From: a virus | Virus record (IMG/VR): IMGVR_UViG_3300032214_000528 | Location: 71,032 to 135,031 of that record | Reading direction: 5' to 3' (one strand) | DNA: 64,000 nucleotides | Shown here: one piece after another, positions 15,155-27,980 of the stretch | How the letters are laid out: every line of letters begins with the position of its first letter | How positions within the stretch are numbered: the first letter of the stretch is position 1 | Notes under the pieces: model-generated | What the model saw: only the letters and a program-made list of their open reading frames with translations | The model's database searches: none | Told to the model about the DNA's origin: nothing | Translations under genes and position numbers: made by a program

Positions 15155-18100
15155 GAAGAATCAGAGACAGCTTCACGTTCTCTCTCAAAGCGAGACTACA
15201 TACAGCACTCGTCAACAAGCACGTCTAATCCGTAACGAAGCACTACAAATGATTGAGGCAGCTAATGAATTTACAACTAACACCCGTAGAGTTAATCGTC
15301 GCTCAGCTTTCCGTGTCATTTCTCGCTCTCTTCATTCTTCTGAAGGTCTCCCATTTTCAGTTCGTAAGCACCAAGCGCTCACAGAACTCTCAAACTACAT
15401 CTCACTTGCAAAACACAACAAGGTAGTTGGCTTAACAGCATTTAACACCGATCTTCTTCCACTTACACACCCACGTTCGACTCGTGAACACTCTATGACG
15501 GCTTCAGCGATGATTCGTTCACATATTCAATGGGTTACAGATGATCCACGAATCACAGATGAGAACGCTAAGGCACTTATTGCATCTGCAATGCTTGCTC
15601 CAGCTAACTCTCCAGAAAAACTTTATGCACTTACACGCTTAGAGAACCTTCCACAAGGCCATGTTCCACTAGAAGCAATGACTGCAGCATATGGTGGAGG
15701 AAACTCTGCTGCTGCAAAGCGTGCTCGTGTTGCTCTCCAGCTCCGCGACCGTTTGGGCCGCTGGGTTGAGATGTTTGGTGGCCTTGGTATCAAGGTAAAG
15801 CGTCGTGACGGAAGCACAGCAGCTCTTACAGGTCGTGCAGTAGGGCAGAACATCTTTAGTCCACAACTTGCAGATGTCGAATTAGAAGATGGACGCATTG
15901 TTGCAGTACCAATTCGTCAAGCACGAGGTGCAACATTCCTTCCAAGCCCTGCAGCAAAGAAAGATGGCTTTACACCTGCTGGTTCAACAGCAGATGACAT
16001 GGATGACCCAATTATCGATGAAGCAGATCTTACATTTATGGAAAGTCCTAGCTCATTTGAGAAAGATGAGAGAGGAAGCAAGCAGGGAACAACAAAATAT
16101 ACTGATCAAGCCTACGATGTAGTTAAGTTTGATGATAACAAGCGTGCTCTTGCAGATTTAAGTGAGACAAACAAACTTAGAGCAGAGCGTGACTTAGACG
16201 ATGCAGCAGTTGATAAGCAAGGCGAGACAGATCCAGACTCAGGTAAGCAATTTTGGGATCCAGAGAAGCCAATCTATGCAGTCTCACGTCGTGGCGGAAC
16301 TCCTTTTGCATATACACAGAACTGGAACGATGCACAGCAAAGAATTCAAGCAGATCAAAGATTCCTTGATGAAGAAGAGGGTCGTACACCTCTTGCGAGA
16401 ATTACTCAGGATGACAACACTCCTGAAGACGAGACTCCACTTGTAGATCAGCAAGATAAGTTTAAGAAGGAAGAGATCGCACGTCTTCCAGAACAAGAAA
16501 CAACAAAAGCTCCATCTGATTTTAAATACAAAGTTCCAGAAGATACTTATGAAGTATCTGATCCAACAGCGCCATACCGCTCCGTATCTGAGTATGACGA
16601 TCCTGCATCTCTTGCAAATATGTTCCAAGGTGATGAGCTCATTGATGGTCTTGATGATGCAATGGATACTGGTCTTGGTCGCCTCACATTCCCAGATGGA
16701 ACAGATTCAGATGGAGAACCTACTGGTGGAGAGCAAGAAGTTCCAGCAGAAGCAATTCTTAAAGCAATTGATGAAAAGGGCGGGGATGCAGAACTTGCAC
16801 TTGCTCAAGCATACGATAAGCGTCTAGGGACAACAGAAAATGAAGACGCACTTGCTGCAAAGCGTGAAGCAGATAGAGGAGCAAAGGTTGGCGAGCCAAA
16901 GAAGCTCGGCGAAGTATTCGACGAAGTAACAAAGGCTCCAGAGCCAGAAGCAGAAGCACCAGTTGAAGAAACTCCTGTTGCAGAGATCCCAGAGATTACT
17001 GAAGATGCAGAGCCATCCACATATCCAGCTCTAATTGATGGACTTACAGAAGAAGAGCAAGCAGAGTTTGAGAAGAGCAAAGACTACACTCCATATCTCA
17101 CAGAAGATGCTCCAGTCGAGTGGCCAGAAGGTTTTACACCGCCACAAAATAGAATTCTTAGCGAAAAAGAGCGTGCACAAGCTTTAGAAATTGCTAGCTC
17201 AGATATTCCTGACGAAGATCTAGCCGAGTCATACAACGGTGCAATCAAAAATAAATATGACGAAGATGGTTATGCACCATTTGGTGATTTAGACGAGAAC
17301 AACGAAGTGCAGACAATTCAAGTACCAAGTGAAGTTCTTCGTGATGCAATGAAGCTTCGCAACTTTGACATGGACGAAACTAATCAACAGGTTGTTGACG
17401 GAACTTGGGATGAAGTAGACCCAGAAGATGAAGTTGCATTGGAAGAAGAACCTGTAGCAGAGATTCCTACACCAAAGACTCCAGATGAAGGCAAGGGAAC
17501 TAAGTCTGGCAAAGATCCTCTCAAGGAAGGTTGGGGATCGGAAGACTGGATTGACGAAACATCTAAGGATCCTCGTTTCCACGAGATGCTTAAGAAGAAT
17601 AAAGATTTTGCAAGACTTACTGGTTTCTTTAACGATCCAACATTCGATAGCCCTCTTCTCTCTGACTACCAAGACAAAGATATGGAAGGCTTTGAGTCTG
17701 GCAGTGAAGTAGAGGCAATCGATCTTGGCGAGTATGGGTTTGAACCAGGACCTTCAGCCCGTGTTCAGTATGCACTTGATATTTTGCAAGATCCTACACA
17801 ATCAGCTCGTGCTGGTTTCAAGGACTGGAGAACTGGTGAGCGCTCAGCAGAGAACGAAAGAAATATTCTCAAGGCAGCAGATGAGCAACTAGATCTTGCT
17901 AAGCAGGATCTCTCTGAAAAAGATGTTATTGAAAACAAAGCAATTGATTCTGTCCGTGCAACTCTTGCAAAAGAAATTGCAAAGCTTGACAAGCAGATCG
18001 AGAAAGATAAGAAGGCTGAGGAAGAAGCAAAGATTGCTCCTCAGGTTTCTTACAAACTAAGAGGAGATCGCTTAGAGCTTCGCTCTGGTAAGAAGGCTCC

Positions 18101-21100
18101 ATTCAGAAGACAAGATGTAAAAGACTTTTTAGATGATAATGGTTTTGATTGGAACCCAGATGCTAAGGCTGAAACAAAATCTGGTATGGATGAAGCAAGC
18201 GCTAAGAAGTTCCTTCGTGATTTAAGAGATAAATATGGTATTGATCTTCTTCCAAGAGAAGGACAGCCACCAATCGACCTTGAATCAAAGGACGAAGTAA
18301 TTGAAGCTCCTTCAACTCCTGAAACTCCATCTGCAAAGCCAAAAGAAAAGTCTCTCAAAGAAAGAGAAGAAGAAGAGTTCGGTAAGTTCTTACCTCTTCC
18401 AGATCCCTTACCTGAAGGTTGGGTAAAAGATGAAGAGCGTGGATTCAACGAAGTTTATTACATGCAAGCTGTTGAAAACGAAAACGGCGATAGAATTGTT
18501 GGAACATACGGTAAGGATGGAAGTAGAGACCCATACTGGACAGTAAGCGCTGACTTTGACTCGCCAGAATCATTTAAGTCTTTTGAAGATGCACTTGATT
18601 TCTATAACAAAAATTCTGGAAAGCAAACAGAAGACAGTGCCGAACCAGAGACTTCTGAAGACACAACACCTGTTGAAGATGTAGTTGAGCTATCCCCTAC
18701 TCTAAACGAAAAATTACTAAAGCGTGATGGCATCCAGATGGTAAAGATCACTGGCCCAAATGGAGAAGAGATTGAGACACCAGTCTTTAATCTTCGTGGT
18801 CGCCCTATGGTTTTAATCAATGTTAATGGTGTACGCATACCGTTCTACATTAGCTCGGGTAAAGGCGGTAAAGCAGGTGTTCCTGTTGGAAAGTGGTATC
18901 CAATCTTTGGAATCGGTACCGATGGCTGGTTTAATAAGGGCAACGAAGAAGAGATTAACAACTACTTCGATAGTCCAGAGCTAAGAGAGGTAGCTGAATG
19001 GCTTAACTCTAATATTGGAGATATCCGTAAAGAAGATATGCCAGAGTCTGACGAAGTCACTGACGAGCTTCGTGCACAGATAAACCAAGACCTATCTCCA
19101 GGTCGTTACTATGAAAACGCTGTTGTCTACGGAAATAGAGCTCTTGCCCTTGCAAAAATTAGGGGAGATGAAGAAGCAGTAAAACAAGAAGAAGCAATTC
19201 TTAAAAAATACCTAGACGATATAGCAAAATTTGAAGCTGAAAAGAAAAAGCAAGAAGAAGAAGGACAGGAAGAGCCAACTGTAGAAGAAGTAGTTCCTGA
19301 AGAAGAAGAAGTAAAAGAGCCTGTTGCTGAAGAACCTGCGGCAAAAAGGAATATCTTCCAAGAATCACTTGACATAATTCAAGAGGGACTTCTTGATGCA
19401 TTGTCAGAAGAAGGTCCTAACATAACTGTCTCAGAGTTAGTAGATAGACTGAAGCGTAAGCTAAAGGGTGATGACAAAGTTGTAGGAGATTATGGCACTA
19501 GAGGTGACATGATTAGCAAGCTCATGTGGGCTAAGTGGGGCGCTGGTTTCTGGAGAAACGAATCTCCATACATTAGAAGATCCATGAGCGAATACAAGTC
19601 TGAATTAAAGAAGCTCTCAGACGAAGAACTTATTGCATTAGTTGATATGTATTACGACGAGATTGATGCTCGTCTTGAAGCTGAGAGAGAAGCATCACGA
19701 CCAGTTGAACCAACGCCGCTTACTCCTGAAGAAGCTGCGGAAGTAGAGAGAAAGCGTAGAGTTAAAGAGCTTCGTGATAAGAAGCGCAGAGAGCGTGAAG
19801 ACAAGCTTCTAGAAGAAGATGATAAGGCTAAGGAAGAAGAAGAAAAGCCAACCCCTGCAACCCCTGCAACCCCTGCAACCCCTGCAACCCCTGCAACCCC
19901 TGCGAAGCCAACTCCTACAACCCCAGAAAAGCCTAAGCCATCTGATTACGAAGAAGACACTCCTGATGGATTTGTTTATGTTGACAAGAGCGACAATGAC
20001 GTTAAAGATGGAGATGAAATTAATCTCCCTAGTGTTGGCTGGGTAAAAGTTAAGAGAAAGGTTTTCCTTCCTGGTAGAACCACTGCAGATGTTGTCTATG
20101 AAGATGAAAATGGTAATGAAGGTACTGGTTTCTTACCTAGAACAGTTGAGACTCGTGCTAAGCAAGCTCCTGCTGAAGAACGCAATCGTAAGACTCCAGC
20201 AAAGCTTAGAGTCGGAGAAGAAGTCTATCTTGTTGATAAAGATGGAGATGGTCCTGGCTGGGTAAAGGTTCTAGAAGTAAAAAAGAGAAATTGGAATTCA
20301 GGGAACAGTAAAGGCGACCAAACCACATGGGAAATATGGTACGAAGATGCAAATGGAAAGCGTAGTCTTTGGACATATAACTACTGGAGCAGTAGCAGTT
20401 GGGGCGGAGACGGTCAAACTGGTAAGTTCCCTACTCGTCCTGCAACATCTAAAGCACCAGAACCTGTAGAAGAACCTTCAGTAACAGTTACGCCTCGCAT
20501 TGCTGCATCTAGAACAACAGATCTTAAGCCAGGCGATGTTATGACTAAGGACTTCTTTACAGTCACAAATGTAGAGCAAGGATTCGAGAAGAAGCGTGAT
20601 GGAGAAATGGTTCCAGCTTCTCGTGTCACTGGTTACTATCCTGGCGGAGTAGAGCAGTCAAGCAAGCTTTGGGCAGACGACGTTTTATTTGATGTATATC
20701 GTGATGTAACTCCTCCTGCAAAGGGAGATCTTCCAGAACTTAATCAGCCAAAGATGGGTGATTATGGAAAGCTCACAAAGGTCAATGGCGAATGGGAGCT
20801 AAAAGACCCAGCTGAGCAAAAGCAATTTGAACAAGACATGGAAAAGTATCAGGAGCAACTATCCACACAGAAGGCTCTTTGGGAAGCTCCAGTTGTTGAA
20901 GTTCCTGTAAAGGAATTTACACCTGAAAACACTCTCCACGTTGTCAACGCACTTGGTAAAGATCTCAAGCCAAACGATATTGCATTCCGTCGTGACGAGA
21001 ATGGTGAGCTCAGCGAGTTTTTCGTTATTGAAGAAGTTCTTCCAGGCACAGTTATGGTCCCTCGTGCAGATGGAAAGCCAGCAGAAGAGAAGGTTCAAAT

Positions 21101-24100
21101 CCGTGGATACTATCCAGGACACGAATCACAAGTTAAGTCTTGGAAGACTGGCACATCTGTTGAAGTTCTCCGTGGGGAACAAGCAGCAAACATTCCTGCA
21201 AAGGGTGATAAGCCAGCAATCGATAGCATCGAGCCAGGAACTCTCAAGGGTCAGGCATACAAAGATAAGAACGCAGAAATTTCAGCATTAAGAAAAGAAG
21301 CTGGCAAGGCATACACACCTGATCTAACAGCCTCAGAGATTCCTGCAGTACTTGTAGAAAGACCTAATAGCTTTAATCGTGGAAACCGCCCAGCGTTCTT
21401 TGGCAAGGCTGCAGAACTTGCAAACCTCAAAGATGGTAAAGCAATCTCTGATGCTCTTAAGGGCAAGCGAGTTGTCTACTTCGACTTTGAAACAGTAGGA
21501 ACTGGAAAGTTTGATAACGACAATCCTGATGCACCAATTCAGGTTGCAGCATCTGTCTGGGAAGGTGGAGAAAAGGTTGGAGAGATCAACCTATTCATTA
21601 ACCCAGGAGAGCCTCTTGGGGACTATTACTATAAAGAAGATGAAAACGGAAACAAAGTTCTTGATCCAGAAAAGCTTCTCAGCTCAGACGGGCAGACAGT
21701 TGATGATGCATTCTTAGCATCTCAACCATCTATTGAAGATCAGCTTCGTGCATTTGCAGAGTTTGCTGGACAAGATGCAATCTTTGTTGCACACAATGCA
21801 GAGTTTGATACAAACACATTCGAGAAGTGGGCTCAGAAGCTAGGTATTGACTACAACATGGATGGTGTTATCGATACTCTTGAATTAGCAAAGAGCATGA
21901 CACCAAAGGGCAACAAGCTCGGTCAAGTTGCTAAGCGCTACGGTATTGAGAAGACAGATGAAGAGTGGCACGATGCTAGAACTGACTCTGAGGTTCTCCC
22001 AGCAATCCTAGAAGGTTTGCTTGGAGATATGAAGCCTGACAATAGAGAGTTTGATCCTGCAACTCGTCTTGCAGAGTTTGAAGCTAAGCGTTCTTCTTAC
22101 AATGAAAAGCTAGAAGCATTTAAGAAGCAAGAAGCAGATCTTGCTATGGCTGAAGCAGTCAAGCGTGGTATGGCTGGAGAGCCTGTATCTATTGATGAAA
22201 TGCTTGGCAAGACCAAGACAACATCTGGCTTTGGTTCTGAAGGAAGCACAGACTCTGCTGAAGAGTATGCATATGAATCAATCTTTGGTGGAAAGATTAA
22301 CAACTCTTGGATCGAAGATGATGAAAACACATTCGTTGTTGACGAAGGTGCAGCAACTGTAGGAGATATTAAGATTGGTGACTTCGTACCTGCTGAGGGT
22401 GGCGGATACCATGAAGTTGTTGACCTGCTTGCAGACCCAGAAGATCCAAACGGAACTATCGTTGTTCGTAAGATTGTATCTAGCGGTTTGCTATACAGCA
22501 CACGAGTTACAGAGAAGAAGTCTCCAGGAATTGGTTGGTCTAACGGCAAGGTTCTTAAGGGAACTCTCCGTCGTCGTAACGAACTAGCTGGTAAGACACC
22601 TGCAGAAGTTAAAGCTTTAGTATCTAAGCCAGTAGTAGTTGCTCCAGAACCTACAACAAAGGAAAAGACTCCTACACCTAAGGGTAAGAAGTCAATCACT
22701 CCAGAAGAGACACAAAGTGTCGTCTCGGATGCGATTGAGGCAATTACATCTGGTGCTAAGTCAGATTCATCTGTTGAAGATGCGGTAAAGGGTCTTCCAC
22801 TTGATGACACCACTAAGTCTGCAGTTCTTGCAGATCGTGAAGATGCATCTATTAATCACCTATCAGCAGACGGTGTTGCTCTTAAGGTTGGCGACAAGGT
22901 TCGCAACGTAAAGAATGGCCGCATGGGTGAGGTAAGAGCAATTCTTACAACATACGGACCTCGTGGATACAAGAATTACGTCAAGGTTAAGTTTGACGAT
23001 GCTGCAAAGCGTGAAAATGTTTCAGCAGGTTCACTACAGATCATTAATCCTGATGACGGTGGCGGTTTCTTCACAGATCCAACTCCTCCTGCAACTGGAG
23101 AGCCAGTAAACCCTAACGAGACACCAAAGTCTGCAGAAGAATTAACTTCACTTCTTACTGGAGATGTTACAGATAACACTCCTGCAGTTGAAGTTCCAGA
23201 AGAGCCTGTAGTTATGGATGCTGAAGATCGAACAAGAATTTGGAAAGAAAACGAAGAAAAGAGAATGAAGTACGCTCTTGATCTTAACTATCGCCAAGTA
23301 AGCCCTGAAGCATTAGAGGCACTTACAGCAGCAGTTCAAGATATATCTCAATATGACAAGGGTCATCAAAGATCTGTTACAGCATTTATGCCAAGTCTTT
23401 CTACTGGATTGCCAGTAGAAAGAACATTTACGTTTGTAAAGCCAAGTAAAAAAGATCTTGAGCGTCGTGAGGACATGGAAGCAGACGATATTATCGTTAT
23501 GATTGGTCCTCGCAATACTGAAGCAATTATTAAGTCAGATGGAAGAATTCTTTATTTTGATAATCCATCTGTTCCAAACTGGAACTTTAGTGTTAGATCT
23601 CCAGATCTATACTCAGCTATTGAAAAATCAGACGAGGTCACTTTTCCTTTAGGGGAAAATCCTGATCTTCAAAATATGGGAATGATTTCAAATAATCAAG
23701 AGTTCCCTAAAGATGCTCTTGGAAGTCCAGATGAGATAGAAGATCCAGATTTTGTTGTAGATAGCCCTGATGCAGAGCCAAAGGGAATCAAGCCAACCAA
23801 GCAACAGCAAGCAGTTATAGATGCTGTAGTTGCTGGCAAGGATGTAATTGTTCAAGCTCTTGCTGGAACAGGTAAGACCAGCACACTGAAAATGGCTGCA
23901 AAAGCTGTTGCAGAAAAAGATCCAGACAAAACTATTCTTTACATTGCATTTAACAAGGCTGTAGCTGCAGAACTTAATGCAGATCCAGATCGTCCTTCAA
24001 ATATGATTGCACGAACCAATACTCAGGTTGCTTGGCACCATTCACCTAAGTGGATGCAAAAGCGTAGCTTTGACAAAACACTGCTTTCACTGCCAACTGA

Positions 24101-27100
24101 TGTAGCTGATCATCTCGAGATCGGACCAGTTAAGGTTACAGAGATTAAGAAAGACGGATCAAAGGTAGAAGCAACTCTTTCAAGTAAAGATGTCGTTGGA
24201 GTAATTCGTCAGGCAGTAACAGCATTTGCACAGAGTGCAGATGAAAAGATTATGCCTCAGCACTTCACAGATAACTTTGTAGACATTCCTGAAGTGTTTA
24301 TTGACTACGCAAACCGCTGGTGGGACGACATCTCAAGCCCTAAGGGTAAGCTAGCGATGAATCAGTCTTACCCAGAAAAATATGTTCAGCTAAATGGCAT
24401 AGATGTAACAATGTCTCCAAGTGAAGCGGGTGCAAACCCAGCAACAATGATCCCTGCAGCAGACATTATCTTCTTTGATGAAGCACAAGATATTAATGAT
24501 GTTGCTGGCGATTGGGTTCGTAAGCAAACTGTACAAAAAGTATTCGTTGGCGATGGAAATCAATCTATCTATGGTTTCCGTGGAGCAAAGGATCAACTAG
24601 ATACTCTTGAAGGAGCAGATAAGCTTCAAATCACAGAGTCGTTCCGCTTCGGTCCAAACATTGCAGCACCTGCCAACCGTTTCCTTGCTGTTGCTGGAAA
24701 GCCAGAAAGAGTTGTTGGAGCTGGAAAAGATCAAGGTAAAGTTGTAGAAAGCCTTGACGAGATGCCAGATCCAGATGCAGTTCTTGTCCGCACAAACGGT
24801 GGTGGATTTAAGGCAATGCTTGAGTATCTTGAGCAAGGAAAGACTGTCGGAATTAGTCAATCAACTAAGACAAGACTTGAAGAAGTTATTGACACAACAA
24901 GTTGGCTCATGGGCGGAAAGAAGGGCTCAAAGCCAGCTAAGTACAACGCAGAAATTGGAATGTACGACTCTTGGGAAGAACTCTCAACTGCAGTACGAGA
25001 AGGAAAAGCTCGTCCAGTTAAGGCTTTCTATGACTTAGTCACTCAAAACGGAATGCAAAGTATCCGTGACATCCTAGATCGTGTTGTCGTAGAGCGTGAA
25101 GAGACTGAAGAAAGTAAGGCAGCTCGTAAATCTTACGTCCCTATTAAAATAGATGATGCATTAGATGGATCTACAGGATCTTTAGGTTCTGGATTAAAGT
25201 ACGAGGTTAAAGGTAATACGATAGTTGTAACTGGATTTACAACACCAGACCTTGCAGAAAAACTTCGTAATGCAGGTATTCCAGCTAGAAAAACTGGAAA
25301 CAAGGTTAAAAACTCTAAGGGCGAGCTTAAAGACGAATGGGTCAGAGATAAAGTAATTGAAGATGACCTTGAGAGAACAGATAAACTAAATAACATTAAA
25401 AAGGCAGTTGCTGGAATTATAGATTCAGCTTCAGCAGATGTAGTTGTAACAACAGCACATCAGTCAAAGGGTCTGCAGTGGAACAAGGTTCGTATTTATG
25501 ATGACTTCTGGGGTCCAAAGTTTAATAAGGAAACTGGCGAGATTGATATGCCATCACCAGAAGAACTTCGTCTTGCATATGTAGCAGTAACTCGTGCTCA
25601 GAAAGAAGTCTACTTAGGTCCTCTAAGCTGGGTTAACGATTACACATCTGATGAAGATGAGCAAGCTTCGTTCTCTCTGGAATCAATGAATAATATTGAA
25701 ACAGACCCAGTTCCTGTAACACCAGAAGAGTTTGGTGATGAAGTACAGGAAACTGCAAAGAAGATCGATCCAGCCACTCAAAAGATTGCAGATGCAATTA
25801 TTGCAGCCCTTGAAGCAGGAACTGCTCCTTGGCGTAAGCCTTGGACTGGCGGGGGATTCCTCCCAACTAGCGTTGCAACTGGCAAGATGTATGAAGGAAC
25901 AAACGTTCTCGTACTCTGGGCTGCTCAAGAGCGCAATGGTTGGTCAGATAATCGCTGGCTTACATACAAGCAAGCAGAAAAGCTTGGCGGAAACATTAAG
26001 CGTGGCGAGAAGGCAACTTCAATTATTCACTGGACTCCAAAGTTCAAGGATGTCAAGCAGCCAGATGGAACTATCGAAAAGGTATTCGTTTACACACCTC
26101 CAAAGATCATCAATGTTTTTAACGTAGAGCAAGCAGAAGGAATTAATCTTCCTCCACTTGTTAAGGGTGATCCAATTCCAGTAAGCCAAGCAGAGCAAAC
26201 TCTTCTTGACACATACAAGGATCGTCCAGAGATTTTCTACAAGTCCCAAGACAGTGCTTACTACTCTCCAGTAACTGACACAATTCACTTGCCGCTCCGT
26301 GAGCAGTTCGGTGCAGAGCAAGACATCTTTGAAACCCTAGTTCACGAACTTGCACACAGCACAGGACACACATCTCGTGTGAACCGCAAAGATCTTACAG
26401 ATAACTACGGAACTCACAAGGCTAGCCGTGGTGAAGAAGAACTTATTGCAGAGATCTCTGTAGCATTAGTTGCTGCTCGTCTCGGCGTTGAGATTGACTT
26501 TGGAAATGTTGCTGCATACGCAAAGTCATGGCTACCAGCCGTAAAGAATGACCCAACAATGATTATCAAGGCAGCCAAGCAAGCACAAAAAGCTGTAGAC
26601 CACATGCTAGGAAAGCAAGAAGAGCCAGCAAAGTTTGATGAAGACGGAAACTCAACTGAGCCTGTTGGCGAAGGTGTTGGTAGCGAAGGTTTAACTGGAG
26701 AAGAGATCTCAGAAGAGGCGGACTCAAGTGAAAAACCTAATAGTAGAGGCTATGTCCGATCAGAAATAGATCCTACCGATTTAAAGGTTGGAGATAGATT
26801 AGATATCTCTGGGAAGAAAAGAGTCGTAGCTGTTAATGCTAGAGAAGATAAGGTTCTTGTATCTACCAAAGTTATAGGTTCTAGAGGTGGCGGGTTCGAA
26901 TCTTTTGATAAAGATAAAAAAATATATGTTTGGAGAAAACCAGAAAGCGTTGGTAGCGAAGGTAAGACTGGCGACGAGATTGCAGAAGATGCAGGACTTA
27001 AGCCAGAGTCAACTCCTGAACCTAATGTAGGAGAGCAGGGTAGAACTGGAGAAGAGATTGCTCTAGAAGGTGATATAAAACCTGCTGGTACAAAAGGTGG

Positions 27101-27749
27101 ACATGATCTTAGCCCTAGAGAAGTATTTAACAATAATTCAGCCCGTAGTGATCGAGATGTTAAAAAAGTATATGGTGCAGAAGAAAAATGGACGCCTCAA
27201 ATACAAAAACCTTTTAAACGACCTGTTGCCCCTAAACGTGCAGATTTTCCAGATTCAGACTCATATGTAGCAGCTTATAAAAAATACTCTAAAGAGTTTG
27301 ATAACGCCTACCGTGAAAGCTCAACATATATTGAATCTCCAATAGGAGAAAAAAACCTAGACGGGTCTGCAAAAGGTGTTAAAAACTATGTAGAAGATAT
27401 AATCACTGCTGATTGGTTTGTAGAAGCCTTTGGTGACGGAGGACAAATGGGCAGACCCCCAGTCAGTTTGATCACTAGTAAAAAAGCAGGTGGTAAATAT
27501 ACTTATGGCTTTAAAAATGGTAAATATATGTCATCACTAAAAATTAACAGCCTTTTATCAACAAATGAACCAGCTATTCTTCACGAGATTGCTCATTTTG
27601 CTACAGCAATTAGCGTGGCAGAGGGATTTGATGCTCATGGTGTAGAGTACAGAATGAATTATATCTATATCACTGATAAAGTACTTGGTCGTGAAGCTGC
27701 AGAAAATCTTAAAGACGCTTACAGAAAGGACAATCTAAATGTCGGATGA
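15147..27749 (+). CDS. Giant polyvalent protein (DEDDh exonuclease, UvrD-like helicase, ArdC-N/MPTase, SprT-like HExxH)
   Basis: YFDFET/HNAEFD/HDARTD; [30 protein letters not shown]; APWRKPW, HELAH; C-terminal HEIAH..HG. Confidence 0.9.
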   Translation: MSKKNQRQLHVLSQSETTYSTRQQARLIRNEALQMIEAANEFTTNTRRVNRRSAFRVISRSLHSSEGLPFSVRKHQALTELSNYISLAKHNKVVGLTAFNTDLLPLTHPRSTREHSMTASAMIRSHIQWVTDDPRITDENAKALIASAMLAPANSPEKLYALTRLENLPQGHVPLEAMTAAYGGGNSAAAKRARVALQLRDRLGRWVEMFGGLGIKVKRRDGSTAALTGRAVGQNIFSPQLADVELEDGRIVAVPIRQARGATFLPSPAAKKDGFTPAGSTADDMDDPIIDEADLTFMESPSSFEKDERGSKQGTTKYTDQAYDVVKFDDNKRALADLSETNKLRAERDLDDAAVDKQGETDPDSGKQFWDPEKPIYAVSRRGGTPFAYTQNWNDAQQRIQADQRFLDEEEGRTPLARITQDDNTPEDETPLVDQQDKFKKEEIARLPEQETTKAPSDFKYKVPEDTYEVSDPTAPYRSVSEYDDPASLANMFQGDELIDGLDDAMDTGLGRLTFPDGTDSDGEPTGGEQEVPAEAILKAIDEKGGDAELALAQAYDKRLGTTENEDALAAKREADRGAKVGEPKKLGEVFDEVTKAPEPEAEAPVEETPVAEIPEITEDAEPSTYPALIDGLTEEEQAEFEKSKDYTPYLTEDAPVEWPEGFTPPQNRILSEKERAQALEIASSDIPDEDLAESYNGAIKNKYDEDGYAPFGDLDENNEVQTIQVPSEVLRDAMKLRNFDMDETNQQVVDGTWDEVDPEDEVALEEEPVAEIPTPKTPDEGKGTKSGKDPLKEGWGSEDWIDETSKDPRFHEMLKKNKDFARLTGFFNDPTFDSPLLSDYQDKDMEGFESGSEVEAIDLGEYGFEPGPSARVQYALDILQDPTQSARAGFKDWRTGERSAENERNILKAADEQLDLAKQDLSEKDVIENKAIDSVRATLAKEIAKLDKQIEKDKKAEEEAKIAPQVSYKLRGDRLELRSGKKAPFRRQDVKDFLDDNGFDWNPDAKAETKSGMDEASAKKFLRDLRDKYGIDLLPREGQPPIDLESKDEVIEAPSTPETPSAKPKEKSLKEREEEEFGKFLPLPDPLPEGWVKDEERGFNEVYYMQAVENENGDRIVGTYGKDGSRDPYWTVSADFDSPESFKSFEDALDFYNKNSGKQTEDSAEPETSEDTTPVEDVVELSPTLNEKLLKRDGIQMVKITGPNGEEIETPVFNLRGRPMVLINVNGVRIPFYISSGKGGKAGVPVGKWYPIFGIGTDGWFNKGNEEEINNYFDSPELREVAEWLNSNIGDIRKEDMPESDEVTDELRAQINQDLSPGRYYENAVVYGNRALALAKIRGDEEAVKQEEAILKKYLDDIAKFEAEKKKQEEEGQEEPTVEEVVPEEEEVKEPVAEEPAAKRNIFQESLDIIQEGLLDALSEEGPNITVSELVDRLKRKLKGDDKVVGDYGTRGDMISKLMWAKWGAGFWRNESPYIRRSMSEYKSELKKLSDEELIALVDMYYDEIDARLEAEREASRPVEPTPLTPEEAAEVERKRRVKELRDKKRREREDKLLEEDDKAKEEEEKPTPATPATPATPATPATPAKPTPTTPEKPKPSDYEEDTPDGFVYVDKSDNDVKDGDEINLPSVGWVKVKRKVFLPGRTTADVVYEDENGNEGTGFLPRTVETRAKQAPAEERNRKTPAKLRVGEEVYLVDKDGDGPGWVKVLEVKKRNWNSGNSKGDQTTWEIWYEDANGKRSLWTYNYWSSSSWGGDGQTGKFPTRPATSKAPEPVEEPSVTVTPRIAASRTTDLKPGDVMTKDFFTVTNVEQGFEKKRDGEMVPASRVTGYYPGGVEQSSKLWADDVLFDVYRDVTPPAKGDLPELNQPKMGDYGKLTKVNGEWELKDPAEQKQFEQDMEKYQEQLSTQKALWEAPVVEVPVKEFTPENTLHVVNALGKDLKPNDIAFRRDENGELSEFFVIEEVLPGTVMVPRADGKPAEEKVQIRGYYPGHESQVKSWKTGTSVEVLRGEQAANIPAKGDKPAIDSIEPGTLKGQAYKDKNAEISALRKEAGKAYTPDLTASEIPAVLVERPNSFNRGNRPAFFGKAAELANLKDGKAISDALKGKRVVYFDFETVGTGKFDNDNPDAPIQVAASVWEGGEKVGEINLFINPGEPLGDYYYKEDENGNKVLDPEKLLSSDGQTVDDAFLASQPSIEDQLRAFAEFAGQDAIFVAHNAEFDTNTFEKWAQKLGIDYNMDGVIDTLELAKSMTPKGNKLGQVAKRYGIEKTDEEWHDARTDSEVLPAILEGLLGDMKPDNREFDPATRLAEFEAKRSSYNEKLEAFKKQEADLAMAEAVKRGMAGEPVSIDEMLGKTKTTSGFGSEGSTDSAEEYAYESIFGGKINNSWIEDDENTFVVDEGAATVGDIKIGDFVPAEGGGYHEVVDLLADPEDPNGTIVVRKIVSSGLLYSTRVTEKKSPGIGWSNGKVLKGTLRRRNELAGKTPAEVKALVSKPVVVAPEPTTKEKTPTPKGKKSITPEETQSVVSDAIEAITSGAKSDSSVEDAVKGLPLDDTTKSAVLADREDASINHLSADGVALKVGDKVRNVKNGRMGEVRAILTTYGPRGYKNYVKVKFDDAAKRENVSAGSLQIINPDDGGGFFTDPTPPATGEPVNPNETPKSAEELTSLLTGDVTDNTPAVEVPEEPVVMDAEDRTRIWKENEEKRMKYALDLNYRQVSPEALEALTAAVQDISQYDKGHQRSVTAFMPSLSTGLPVERTFTFVKPSKKDLERREDMEADDIIVMIGPRNTEAIIKSDGRILYFDNPSVPNWNFSVRSPDLYSAIEKSDEVTFPLGENPDLQNMGMISNNQEFPKDALGSPDEIEDPDFVVDSPDAEPKGIKPTKQQQAVIDAVVAGKDVIVQALAGTGKTSTLKMAAKAVAEKDPDKTILYIAFNKAVAAELNADPDRPSNMIARTNTQVAWHHSPKWMQKRSFDKTLLSLPTDVADHLEIGPVKVTEIKKDGSKVEATLSSKDVVGVIRQAVTAFAQSADEKIMPQHFTDNFVDIPEVFIDYANRWWDDISSPKGKLAMNQSYPEKYVQLNGIDVTMSPSEAGANPATMIPAADIIFFDEAQDINDVAGDWVRKQTVQKVFVGDGNQSIYGFRGAKDQLDTLEGADKLQITESFRFGPNIAAPANRFLAVAGKPERVVGAGKDQGKVVESLDEMPDPDAVLVRTNGGGFKAMLEYLEQGKTVGISQSTKTRLEEVIDTTSWLMGGKKGSKPAKYNAEIGMYDSWEELSTAVREGKARPVKAFYDLVTQNGMQSIRDILDRVVVEREETEESKAARKSYVPIKIDDALDGSTGSLGSGLKYEVKGNTIVVTGFTTPDLAEKLRNAGIPARKTGNKVKNSKGELKDEWVRDKVIEDDLERTDKLNNIKKAVAGIIDSASADVVVTTAHQSKGLQWNKVRIYDDFWGPKFNKETGEIDMPSPEELRLAYVAVTRAQKEVYLGPLSWVNDYTSDEDEQASFSLESMNNIETDPVPVTPEEFGDEVQETAKKIDPATQKIADAIIAALEAGTAPWRKPWTGGGFLPTSVATGKMYEGTNVLVLWAAQERNGWSDNRWLTYKQAEKLGGNIKRGEKATSIIHWTPKFKDVKQPDGTIEKVFVYTPPKIINVFNVEQAEGINLPPLVKGDPIPVSQAEQTLLDTYKDRPEIFYKSQDSAYYSPVTDTIHLPLREQFGAEQDIFETLVHELAHSTGHTSRVNRKDLTDNYGTHKASRGEEELIAEISVALVAARLGVEIDFGNVAAYAKSWLPAVKNDPTMIIKAAKQAQKAVDHMLGKQEEPAKFDEDGNSTEPVGEGVGSEGLTGEEISEEADSSEKPNSRGYVRSEIDPTDLKVGDRLDISGKKRVVAVNAREDKVLVSTKVIGSRGGGFESFDKDKKIYVWRKPESVGSEGKTGDEIAEDAGLKPESTPEPNVGEQGRTGEEIALEGDIKPAGTKGGHDLSPREVFNNNSARSDRDVKKVYGAEEKWTPQIQKPFKRPVAPKRADFPDSDSYVAAYKKYSKEFDNAYRESSTYIESPIGEKNLDGSAKGVKNYVEDIITADWFVEAFGDGGQMGRPPVSLITSKKAGGKYTYGFKNGKYMSSLKINSLLSTNEPAILHEIAHFATAISVAEGFDAHGVEYRMNYIYITDKVLGREAAENLKDAYRKDNLNVG
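19851..19904 (+). repeat. 9-bp tandem repeat ACCCCTGCA x6 (TPA linker)
   Basis: Five perfect copies plus one variant, in frame. Confidence 0.9.
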
Positions 27750-27852
27750 TTTCGAGTATGAAATTGTGGATCCTCTAGGACCTGACTACAACCCAGAGCC
27801 TTCTGAAGAACCTATTCCTGAAGAAAACGAAGACCAAGAAGAGACGGTATAA
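27739..27852 (+). CDS. 37-aa acidic peptide
   Basis: Read manually: [12 protein letters not shown]...; AAGGA RBS. Confidence 0.5.
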   Translation: MSDDFEYEIVDPLGPDYNPEPSEEPIPEENEDQEETV

Positions 27853-27854
27853 TA

Positions 27855-27980
27855 ATGGCTAAGTCAGATAAAGAGCAATACAACGATGCCGTCGTTGCTG
27901 CTTATCGCAAGATTATCGAGCTAGCAGAGGTTGACCCTAATGCTGACTCTTATGAGCCTGAGGATGAGGAAAAGCTATGA
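27855..27980 (+). CDS. 41-aa acidic peptide
   Basis: Read manually: MAKSDKEQYNDAVV...; ATGA coupling to the next gene. Confidence 0.55.
   Translation: MAKSDKEQYNDAVVAAYRKIIELAEVDPNADSYEPEDEEKL

Noticed and set aside
19851-19904. Tandem repeat as a CRISPR or regulatory array
   Set aside because: 9-bp units with no spacers; encodes an in-frame TPA linker
22097-22813. Long antisense ORFs (also 43421-44056, 32571-33059 and similar)
   Set aside because: Shadow ORFs opposite well-supported genes, low-complexity translations, no RBS
25140-25430. Intein in the helicase domain
   Set aside because: No Cys/Ser start, no His-Asn end, no homing-endonuclease motifs
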